Positions 29,497 to 37,554 of a DNA stretch of 64,000 bases are shown piece after piece (position 1 is the first letter of the stretch; each line of letters starts with the position of its first letter). A program made the position numbers and the translations under genes. Location: NCBI GenBank assembly GCA_964651815.1, contig CAZYWG010000002.1, positions 92,522 to 156,521 of the forward strand, read 5' to 3'. Origin of the DNA: an uncultured Gammaproteobacteria bacterium (GTDB taxonomy: Bacteria > Patescibacteriota > Microgenomatia > Levybacterales > GWA1-39-11). The notes beneath the pieces are model-generated. The model saw only the letters and a list, made by a program, of their open reading frames with translations, did not search any database and was not told the origin of the DNA.

Positions 29497-30848
29497 ATTT
29501 TTCGCAAGTTTACCAATTTTTTAAGCAATAGTCCATCATGTAAAACTTTGACTGCAGATTCTAGATTTTCCGTCTCTACAACAAGACTTATATTTATATT
29601 TGTTGCACCAAGTGACACCATTTTGACAAGTATTTTCTTTTTATCAAGAAGTGTAAAAATGTGTTTTATAACTTCTGTCGAGTTTGTTAAACCTTCTCCT
29701 ACAAGTGAAATAATTGAAACACTTTTTGTAATAGTAACTGAGGTAAACTCTTTCAATTCAGCAGACGCTTCAGAAAGATTCTCGTCATTTTCAAGAGTTA
29801 CCGAAATGCTAACTTCAGAAGCGCCAACTAAATCTATTGAAATATTGTGTTTCGCAAAAATGTCAAAGAGACGAGCCAAAAAACCTTTTGAAAATAACAT
29901 TGCGGTTGAATACATGTTAACAAGAGTTATATTTTTTTTGAAAGAGATTGCAGTAATGGGGTATTGAATATTAGGTTTATCTAGTACTAAGGTTCCAGAT
30001 GTTTCGGGATGAAAAGTGTTAAGAACTCTAATTGGAATTTTTGCGCGAACAGCCGGACGTATAGTCCTTGGGTGCAATACTTTTGCACCAAAAAAGGCAA
30101 GCTCTGAAGCTTCTTTATATGAAATCTCCGGCAATACTTTTGCATTTTTGACGATTCGCGGGTCGGCGGTAAATATACCATTAACATCTGTCCATATCTG
30201 AATTTCCGAAGCGGATAAGCAATATCCAATTATTGCTGCTGTATAGTCTGAGCCTCCGCGCCCGAGAGTTGTAATTTTTCCTTTTTTTGTTGAACCTATA
30301 AATCCAGTAACAACCGGGGTTATCCCCTTTTTAATTAGGGCTCCAAGGACTTTAATAACTTCTTCTTTTGTTTCTTCAACTAAAAATTCTGCAGAACCAA
30401 AATTGTTATCGGTTTTAATTATTTCCGAGGCAATCACCTGCTGTGCATGGATTTTATTTTTTTTCAAAAATTCTGCGATAATGTATGAGGATATAATTTC
30501 ACCTTCAGCAATTAAAGAATCTCGAAATTCTTTTGAATTTGTTTTTTTTGCTTTTTTCTCAATTAAGTTAATATGATCGTCTATATATAGAAGCAGAGGC
30601 TTAATTGACTTTTTATCAAAAATGCTTTTTAGAATATCTGTATGGATAATTCTTATTTGCTGAAGATTCTTTCTAAAATCTTTTTTGTCCAGGAGGGATA
30701 AAAGTAAATCTGTCACGCCCGATAAGGCTGAAACAACTATTATTGATTTATTTTGGGGGTCACTTTTTGCGACCACACTCGCAATGGTTTTGATATTTTT
30801 TACTGTGCTTACGGAAGTACCGCCAAATTTTTTAATAACTACTTTCAT
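29493..30848 (-). CDS. lysC: Aspartate kinase
   Basis: KFGGTSV, TLGRGGSD, DPRIV and GAKVLHP motifs plus two ACT domains. Confidence 0.96.
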   Translation of the reverse strand: MKVVIKKFGGTSVSTVKNIKTIASVVAKSDPQNKSIIVVSALSGVTDLLLSLLDKKDFRKNLQQIRIIHTDILKSIFDKKSIKPLLLYIDDHINLIEKKAKKTNSKEFRDSLIAEGEIISSYIIAEFLKKNKIHAQQVIASEIIKTDNNFGSAEFLVEETKEEVIKVLGALIKKGITPVVTGFIGSTKKGKITTLGRGGSDYTAAIIGYCLSASEIQIWTDVNGIFTADPRIVKNAKVLPEISYKEASELAFFGAKVLHPRTIRPAVRAKIPIRVLNTFHPETSGTLVLDKPNIQYPITAISFKKNITLVNMYSTAMLFSKGFLARLFDIFAKHNISIDLVGASEVSISVTLENDENLSEASAELKEFTSVTITKSVSIISLVGEGLTNSTEVIKHIFTLLDKKKILVKMVSLGATNINISLVVETENLESAVKVLHDGLLLKKLVNLRKI

Positions 30849-30853
30849 AAAAC

Positions 30854-30879
30854 AAAAAAACCCCTCAAATTTTGAGGGG
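30854..30879 (-). terminator. Attenuator terminator upstream of lysC
   Basis: CCCCTCAA-AAT-TTGAGGGG-T7. Confidence 0.88.
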
Positions 30880-30913
30880 CATGTTTTATCTTATTTGATA
30901 AATTTTAAGGTAA

Positions 30914-30973
30914 TCAACGCAAATAGCCCCTTTTTAAGGACTGCTTTGATTTTTTAAGTGTAATATTTACCAT
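30914..30973 (-). CDS. Lys-rich leader peptide of the lys operon, MVNITLKKSKQSLKRGYLR
   Basis: ATG overlaps the greA stop (TAATG); KKSK cluster; contains AGGGGC complementary to the terminator 5' arm. Confidence 0.72.
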   Translation of the reverse strand: MVNITLKKSKQSLKRGYLR

Positions 30974-31446
30974 TATTTTATTGCTACGACTGTGTAAACT
31001 ACTTTTCCTGCCGGAGCTTCTACTTCAACTTTCTCTCCTATTTCTTTACCCATCAAAGCTTTCCCAAGAGGGGATTCATGGGAAATTTTTTTATTTTTAG
31101 GGTCTGCCTCCCACTCGCCTACAAGCGTGAACAATTCTCTTTTGCCATTTATAGCAACTGTTATTTCCGATCCCAGATCTATTTTGGCACCCTTTCCGCT
31201 TTTATGGTTTTCCTCAATTAGGTTTGCGTTTTTAATAATGTCGGAAAGCTCCTCGATTCTCCCATCAATTAATGATAGCTCTTCCCTCGCTGCTGTATAT
31301 TCCGAATTCTCTGAAAGATCGCCCATAGAACGCGCGGCTGAGACTCGCTCCAATACTTGCGCCCTCTTAACATCGGACAAATCTGCGAGCTCTTTTTTTA
31401 ACTCCTCCAAACCCTCTTTTGTAACAAAAACTTTTTTCTTATCCAT
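30973..31446 (-). CDS. greA: Transcription elongation factor GreA
   Basis: GDLSENSEY and ISHESPLGKAL motifs. Confidence 0.97.
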   Translation of the reverse strand: MDKKKVFVTKEGLEELKKELADLSDVKRAQVLERVSAARSMGDLSENSEYTAAREELSLIDGRIEELSDIIKNANLIEENHKSGKGAKIDLGSEITVAINGKRELFTLVGEWEADPKNKKISHESPLGKALMGKEIGEKVEVEAPAGKVVYTVVAIK

Positions 31447-31451
31447 TTTTT

Positions 31452-31485
31452 AAAAAATCCCCACTCTGTTCTGACTTGGTGGGGA
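31452..31485 (-). terminator. Terminator-like hairpin in the greA 5' leader
   Basis: TCCCCAC-14 nt-GTGGGGA-T6 between TTGACA (31523-31528) and the greA ATG. Confidence 0.7.
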
Positions 31486-31524
31486 ATTAATACCGTTTAT
31501 ATATACAGGATAAAAAATGGTATG

Positions 31525-32490
31525 TCAATATCCTGGAGTATCAAATGTTTTGGAAAACGAATCTATTTGATCCTGTTTTTCAAGCATTTCACTAAGACAG
31601 CTTAAGTAATTTTGATACCTTTGCTCGTGCAAATTCAAGACAAAATTCGTTTTATCCATAGGGTGAAAGAGGGCATAATTTTGTGATATTTTTTCGCTTG
31701 TAATCCTCTTTTTCATATATGAATATTGGGCGGAATAGAATAATCCATCTATTATGTTCAGGAGTATTGAATAAATTTTATGCAAAACGACAAAATTCTC
31801 CTTTCTTGCAGGCTTAGAAATTTCTGTTATTCGACTAAAAGAATTAGGTAAATATTTCAACACCCATGAATTTTCGCTTAAAAATCTCCCATAGGTGTCA
31901 TTCTTGTTCACAATAGGTTTCAGCTGAACCACTTCATGTGCGGTAAAAAGATTTTGGTCACGGGTTTTAATCTTCAGCGAAGAGGTAGTGATGAACATAT
32001 TAGGGCAAATTTTATTCATACCAAAATTGTCAAGCCTCACTCTTTTATTTTTCATTAAAATCAAGACTATATTCACAAAAAATCGAGTGATCCACAGGCA
32101 TTTATCAGATGTAACTATTAAAAGATCAATATCATCCTCTTTTTTACAATTTTTCATGGACAAACTCCCACTAATCCCAACTAATCTTACAGTTGGAATT
32201 TTTGAAAGCGTTTTAGCAACTTTGTTTGCAATTATCATTTTTTTGTTGCTTTCAAGTTCGCGTTGTATTCGAATTTTACTTATTTTTCCTCGGCCGTTCA
32301 AAAAATAATATTTGCCTTTTTGTGAAATCTCGCCTTTTTCAACCATTGAGCTCAAGTTATAGCTTAGACTGAGCAGGCTAGCCTTTTTTTCTGTTAAGAA
32401 CTTGTGCATTTGTTTTAGCGTAAGCGGGTAATTAAATATGTCCGAGTAAACAAGCGTTGAAATGATTGCAAATTTGGTCCTATCTTGCAT
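31525..32490 (-). CDS. Hypothetical protein with a nucleotidyltransferase-like motif
   Basis: GISGSLS...DDIDLLIV; probable start MQDRTK at 32490. Confidence 0.7.
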   Translation of the reverse strand: MQDRTKFAIISTLVYSDIFNYPLTLKQMHKFLTEKKASLLSLSYNLSSMVEKGEISQKGKYYFLNGRGKISKIRIQRELESNKKMIIANKVAKTLSKIPTVRLVGISGSLSMKNCKKEDDIDLLIVTSDKCLWITRFFVNIVLILMKNKRVRLDNFGMNKICPNMFITTSSLKIKTRDQNLFTAHEVVQLKPIVNKNDTYGRFLSENSWVLKYLPNSFSRITEISKPARKENFVVLHKIYSILLNIIDGLFYSAQYSYMKKRITSEKISQNYALFHPMDKTNFVLNLHEQRYQNYLSCLSEMLEKQDQIDSFSKTFDTPGY

Positions 32491-33874
32491 ATTGGTTGGC
32501 TTCTTGTGTAACACCATGTGCAAGCGTCTCAATAGCCGATTGAGGAGAATTATCCTGTGTAACAATTGAACGAACCGCGTCTCCAAGGTATTTATTCAAT
32601 CCATCTATCAACCTATCATCATAGGTGTCTGATGAAAAAATAGTCGACTGCGCGATACTTCCGTTTGAAACAAATGGATAAACTAAAGTATTGTCTTTTA
32701 ACAAACTTGCCATGTCAGATCTTGGGTACAATTCCCCAAACAAACGCTGTTTAGTCTCATCTGTGTACATTTTTTCCATATTTGCACGAGATGCCAAAAA
32801 TTTCAGAAATTCAAAAGCTTCTTTTTGATGCTGACTTTTACTTGACACACCTTCTACCCAATAAGAAGCGACCGTACTTTGTACTCCACCAGTGACTTGC
32901 GGAACCGGAACAACGGCAAATTGAAAATCCGGATTGACAGCTTTTATCTGAAAAATGTCCCAAGAATATCCTATATACATAGCTACTTCGCCTTTAGCAA
33001 ATGCTAAAGTTGAGTTTTCAAATGAATCGTCCCACACTTTTGTATCTCCCTTGGCAAAAGAAGTATAAAAATCCAAAGCTTGATAAGCATTTTTCTCTGT
33101 AGGACCCCCAAGATTTGTAAGATCTGCACCGTTTTGGAGCATGAGGAGCGAAACAATATCGGAAGCATGAGTTATATTGTCATATGTCCCAAGGGCAATA
33201 CCTGATTGAGTTATCTTGCCGGAACTCGAATCTTCTACTGTCAGGCTACGAGCCGTATTAATAAGGTCATTCCAGCTGGTTGGATAATTTGTTACTCCTG
33301 CATTCTTAAATAGCTGGGTATTAGCAAAAAGGCTAAGAGTGTCAAATTGAATTGGAACTCCATAATATGCACCATTTATATTTAAATCCTTTCCAACGAC
33401 GGGATAAAATTTACTATCAAGCTCAAGTGTTTTAACAACGTCAGCCGGCATAGGCGAAAGACGAGGTCTAATCTCAGATATCCAAGAGTTGTGGAAGCGG
33501 AATATATCAGGGCCCGTGCCGTTCCCTGTCCTTGCTTCAAGTCTGTCAATATATTTTCCTAAGCTTTTGATATCTTGCTTCTCAACATTCACTTTTATAT
33601 GTGGGTTAATCCGGGTGAATTCCGCGGCTGCCGCACGAAATGGAGCAGGATCTTCCCAAGCAACCCAATAGCTTAATGTGACATCTTGGGTTTTTTTTGG
33701 TAAAACACGCGGCAGGATGACAAAAAGAAAGAACAAAATAAACAAAAATAAAACTAGAAATCCAATGGCAAAGCTAATTATTTTCTTAATCGGTGGACCT
33801 GATGGGATATCATCTCCAACTGGCGAGTATTCAGGCTGTATTTCTTGAGGTATTTGATTTGAATTATCATCCAT
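32480..33874 (-). CDS. Membrane-anchored sugar ABC-type solute-binding protein
   Basis: N-terminal TM; GPDIF, YYGVP, LFAN and FAKGEVAM motifs (SBP family 1/8). Confidence 0.88.
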   Translation of the reverse strand: MDDNSNQIPQEIQPEYSPVGDDIPSGPPIKKIISFAIGFLVLFLFILFFLFVILPRVLPKKTQDVTLSYWVAWEDPAPFRAAAAEFTRINPHIKVNVEKQDIKSLGKYIDRLEARTGNGTGPDIFRFHNSWISEIRPRLSPMPADVVKTLELDSKFYPVVGKDLNINGAYYGVPIQFDTLSLFANTQLFKNAGVTNYPTSWNDLINTARSLTVEDSSSGKITQSGIALGTYDNITHASDIVSLLMLQNGADLTNLGGPTEKNAYQALDFYTSFAKGDTKVWDDSFENSTLAFAKGEVAMYIGYSWDIFQIKAVNPDFQFAVVPVPQVTGGVQSTVASYWVEGVSSKSQHQKEAFEFLKFLASRANMEKMYTDETKQRLFGELYPRSDMASLLKDNTLVYPFVSNGSIAQSTIFSSDTYDDRLIDGLNKYLGDAVRSIVTQDNSPQSAIETLAHGVTQEANQYAR

Positions 33875-33942
33875 AGCTATCAATTGCTGGAAGCTCTATC
33901 CACACTATAGTATAATAGTAACGCTTCAAAAAAGCTATAAAA

Positions 33943-35361
33943 GTGAGGAGTTATTTACCAAAAAAACACACAGTTTTGAGCGCAGTAAAATCTGCATACT
34001 GGTTTATTATTGGATTTGTACTAATGGGGACGATAGTTACAAGCGCTTCTCTTTTTTATTTTCAATACACATATAGAAATCGCGTTATTCCGGGAGTTTT
34101 CATTGATAATATATATATTGGTGAAAAAACAAAGGGCGATATTGAGAAAATATTTGCAGAAAAAAATCAAAAAATCGGAAAAAACAACTTTATTTTTTCG
34201 GCGGCGGGGATGGACGCCACAATATCTGCGAAGACGCTTGGAATTGGATATGATACTAACTTAATCGAAGCTCAATCTTTAAATCTTGGAAAAACTACAA
34301 ATCTTCTCAGTGATATTTACATAATTCTATCCTCTTATGTAAATGGGACGTTTTTAACAGCACCTTATACGTTTAATAATAGTGCTTTGAATTCGAAACT
34401 TGACCCGCTTGAAAAAGCAGTTCATATCGATCCAATTGATGCAGAGTTTAATGTACAAGGGAATAGAGTAATTGCCTTCAAACAATCTAGCAATGGACGA
34501 GATTTAGATATTGACCCTTTAAACGACAGGATTAACCATATGATAGCGAGTCTTGCTACAGCAAAAGAACCGGAAATTTTAAGAATCGCAATTGACGTTA
34601 AAACAACAAAACCAAAAATTACAACAGAGCAAGCAAACAAGTTTGGGATTGTTGAACCAATTGGTACTGGCACTTCCACGTATTTTCACTCAATTCCTGG
34701 CCGCGTCTATAATATTTCGCTTGCAACATCACGAATTAATGGAGCGCTTGTGGCCCCGGGAGAAGAATTTTCTTTTGATAAAACTCTTGGGGATGTTTCT
34801 TCTTTCACAGGATATCAACAGGCTTATGTCATCCAAAACGGAAAAACGGTTTTGGGGGACGGCGGGGGGGTTTGCCAAGTTTCAACAACTCTTTTCAGGG
34901 CGCTATTAAATTCAGGCCTTCCCATCACAGAACGCCATGCGCACGCGTATCGTGTAGGATATTATGAACAAGACGCCCCAACCGGATTTGATGCAACAAT
35001 TTTTGTGCCGAGTGTTGACCTTAGATTTACAAATGACACTGGCCATTATATTTTAATTCAAGCGTATGCCGATCCTGCAAATTACACGCTTACATTCACG
35101 CTTTTCGGAAAAAGCGACGGAAGGCAAGCAATTGTTTCAAAACCCCTAATTACTAATGTCGCTCCTGCGCCCCCGGATCTTTATCAGGATGATCCAACTC
35201 TCCCCGTAGGAACAGTTAAGCAAGTTGATTTCGCGGCTCCCGGAGGAAAATCCGTATTCACACGAACTGTTACCCGCGGGGGGCAAACAATAATTTCCGA
35301 TACCTTCACTTCAGTTTACAAACCTTGGCAAGCAGTGTTTATGAAAGGGACAAAGACCTAA
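33943..35361 (+). CDS. VanW family protein
   Basis: GGGVCQVSTTLF, ERHAH and DLRFTNDT motifs; N-terminal TM. Confidence 0.92.
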   Translation: MRSYLPKKHTVLSAVKSAYWFIIGFVLMGTIVTSASLFYFQYTYRNRVIPGVFIDNIYIGEKTKGDIEKIFAEKNQKIGKNNFIFSAAGMDATISAKTLGIGYDTNLIEAQSLNLGKTTNLLSDIYIILSSYVNGTFLTAPYTFNNSALNSKLDPLEKAVHIDPIDAEFNVQGNRVIAFKQSSNGRDLDIDPLNDRINHMIASLATAKEPEILRIAIDVKTTKPKITTEQANKFGIVEPIGTGTSTYFHSIPGRVYNISLATSRINGALVAPGEEFSFDKTLGDVSSFTGYQQAYVIQNGKTVLGDGGGVCQVSTTLFRALLNSGLPITERHAHAYRVGYYEQDAPTGFDATIFVPSVDLRFTNDTGHYILIQAYADPANYTLTFTLFGKSDGRQAIVSKPLITNVAPAPPDLYQDDPTLPVGTVKQVDFAAPGGKSVFTRTVTRGGQTIISDTFTSVYKPWQAVFMKGTKT

Positions 35362-35390
35362 TAAAGGATATCAGATCAGATGAAGTTAAC

Positions 35391-35426
35391 TTCTGATGCT
35401 TTTGATACATTTGATACTTCTGATAC
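35391..35426 (+). repeat. 9-bp tandem repeat, 4 copies
   Basis: ttctgatgc ttttgatac atttgatac ttctgatac. Confidence 0.7.
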
Positions 35427-35434
35427 TTTCTCAT

Positions 35435-35902
35435 ATGGATAACATTCTTAACTTTCAAGAAGTCCATGTTATTAATCGAAATAAAAAAACCGATGACAAA
35501 GTAGTACTTGTCGGTGGGTGTTTTGATGTTTTACACAAAGGGCATATTGAATTTCTAAAACGTTCGAAAGCTGCGGGGGATATTTTGGTTTTAATGCTTG
35601 AAAGTGACCAAAAAATAAAAGATCTTAAAGGTAGTAATAGACCAATAAACACCCAAGAAGATCGAGCCACGGTTTTAGCAAATCTCTCTATGGTTGATTA
35701 TGTGATTTGCCTACCGTACCTAAAAACGGATAATGACTATGAGATGCTTGTCAAATCAATTAAACCTGGTATAATTGCTGTAACTACCGGAGCAATTGTA
35801 TTTGATTGGGAGAGAGTTTATATGAATGAGACGGGAGGCAAAATTGTTGAAGTTGTAAAAAGGATTGCGGACTATTCAACTACAAAGCTTGTTAGAAGAT
35901 AG
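35435..35902 (+). CDS. Cytidylyl/adenylyltransferase (RfaE domain II/TagD-like)
   Basis: GGCFDVLHKGH, KGSNRPIN and YSTT motifs. Confidence 0.88.
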   Translation: MDNILNFQEVHVINRNKKTDDKVVLVGGCFDVLHKGHIEFLKRSKAAGDILVLMLESDQKIKDLKGSNRPINTQEDRATVLANLSMVDYVICLPYLKTDNDYEMLVKSIKPGIIAVTTGAIVFDWERVYMNETGGKIVEVVKRIADYSTTKLVRR

Positions 35903-35926
35903 AGCTATAGGACTGTTAATATATTT

Positions 35927-36397
35927 ATGAAAAAACTTGTTATCGTTTACATAGTTTTGATAATCGCCGTTATTTTACTCGCGGTATTTAAATTCGGTGG
36001 AAAAATTCCTTCTTTTTCATTATTTTCTAATGCTGAGGCAAATATAAATGGCACCAAAATCAGTCTACTTCTTGCAAAATCAGATCAGGATAGGATAAAA
36101 GGTTTGTCGGGTCACAAAAAACTCGATAACAATCAAGGCATGCTATTTGTTTGGGATAAAAAAGGCGTATATCCTTTTTGGATGAAAAATATGCTTTTTT
36201 CAATTGATATAATTTACATTGATGATAATACAGTTGTCTATGTAGTCCAGAATGCACCGGCGCCATCAGGTCAAACACAAATATTAACTATTTATAAACC
36301 TGACCAACCTGCAAACTACGTTCTTGAGGTAAACGCGGGAACAGCTCAAAAATTAGGCATTAAAAAAGGCACCAAAGTTACCTTCAAAGGTGTATAA
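35927..36397 (+). CDS. DUF192 family protein
   Basis: GMLF, FWMKNM and YVLEVNAG motifs. Confidence 0.92.
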   Translation: MKKLVIVYIVLIIAVILLAVFKFGGKIPSFSLFSNAEANINGTKISLLLAKSDQDRIKGLSGHKKLDNNQGMLFVWDKKGVYPFWMKNMLFSIDIIYIDDNTVVYVVQNAPAPSGQTQILTIYKPDQPANYVLEVNAGTAQKLGIKKGTKVTFKGV

Positions 36398-36433
36398 GTT
36401 AAACACCATCCCAACTTTCAAACTAATAATTTT

Positions 36434-37489
36434 ATGAGAATTCTTGCCATTGAATCAAGCTGCGATGAAACAAGTGCTGCCATAGTTGGAAAAAATGATC
36501 AAGATAGAATTAAGGTTTTGTCAAATATTACGGCAACGTCAATTGAAATGCATGTTCCGACTGGAGGAATAATTCCTGAAAATGCCGCGCGCGAACAGCT
36601 AAAGTACATAATTCCGGTAATAACCGAATCACTTCTTAAATCGGAGAATGTTAAATCAAAAAAACCGCAAGAGAATTCTAAAATTGCAACTGAAATACTT
36701 AATAAAAAAATTGATGCTATTGCTGTAACTTCAGGCCCTGGACTTGTCGGTTCACTTCTTATTGGAGTTGAGACTGCAAAAACACTGTCTTTTACTTTTA
36801 ACAAACCCTTGGTCCCTGTTAATCATTTACTCGCGCATGTTTTTGCAAATTTTATTCATTCAGAACCTTCCTTTCCGTTTATTGGACTTATTGCGTCGGG
36901 CGCCCATACAGATCTCTTGTTATTTAACTCTGTCACAGACTACACATGGCTTGGGGGTACTCGTGATGATGCGTGCGGAGAAGCATTTGATAAAGTAGGC
37001 AGAATGTTGAAATTAGCATATCCTGCCGGCTCGGAAATAGAAAAAAGAGCAAAACTTGCTAAGCAAACTAAGATTAAATTTCATAGTCCTTTAATTGGAT
37101 CCCCCGATTTTGATTTCTCTTTTTCAGGATTAAAATCCGAGGCGGCGAGATTTATAGAGGGTAAAAACTTAACCGAAAGGTTAACCAATGAGATTTGCTA
37201 TGCACTACAGGATGCGATATTCAACGTATTGGTCAAAAAAACTGTTCGAGCAGCAAAACTGTACAAATGTTCTACCATATTACTCGGTGGTGGAGTTTCA
37301 GCAAGTAACACATTGCCTGAGTACTTTAATTCATCAATAGAAAAAGAGGGATTAAAAATAAAAGTTATTACACCCGAAAAGGAATTTTCAACGGACAACG
37401 GCGCAATGATAGGCACATATGCGCTCTTGAACTACAAACCTCAAGATTGGCACAACGTCTCTGCGAATCCCGAACTCTATTTCTCGTAA
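36434..37489 (+). CDS. tsaD: tRNA N6-adenosine threonylcarbamoyltransferase
   Basis: ESSCDET, GPGLVGSL, NHLLAH, DDACGEAFDK and TDNGAMI motifs. Confidence 0.96.
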   Translation: MRILAIESSCDETSAAIVGKNDQDRIKVLSNITATSIEMHVPTGGIIPENAAREQLKYIIPVITESLLKSENVKSKKPQENSKIATEILNKKIDAIAVTSGPGLVGSLLIGVETAKTLSFTFNKPLVPVNHLLAHVFANFIHSEPSFPFIGLIASGAHTDLLLFNSVTDYTWLGGTRDDACGEAFDKVGRMLKLAYPAGSEIEKRAKLAKQTKIKFHSPLIGSPDFDFSFSGLKSEAARFIEGKNLTERLTNEICYALQDAIFNVLVKKTVRAAKLYKCSTILLGGGVSASNTLPEYFNSSIEKEGLKIKVITPEKEFSTDNGAMIGTYALLNYKPQDWHNVSANPELYFS

Positions 37490-37554
37490 GTATACTTGCA
37501 AAATAGATTTCTATCCTTTACAATGGCTCGTTCTGGTCTGTTATACTAATCTTT

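Noticed and set aside
29425-29967. Long antisense ORFs (also 40781-41293, 59103-59645, 3380-3844 and others)
   Set aside because: Shadow frames of well-supported genes with no recognisable motifs.
30849-30972. Lysine riboswitch or T-box upstream of lysC (and of lysS)
   Set aside because: The leaders are too short (about 125-145 nt) and I saw no L-box or T-box (TGGnACC) consensus; a leader-peptide model fits better.
35362-35430. Possible CRISPR array from short repeats
   Set aside because: The units are 9 bp with no spacers, and there are no cas genes in the window.
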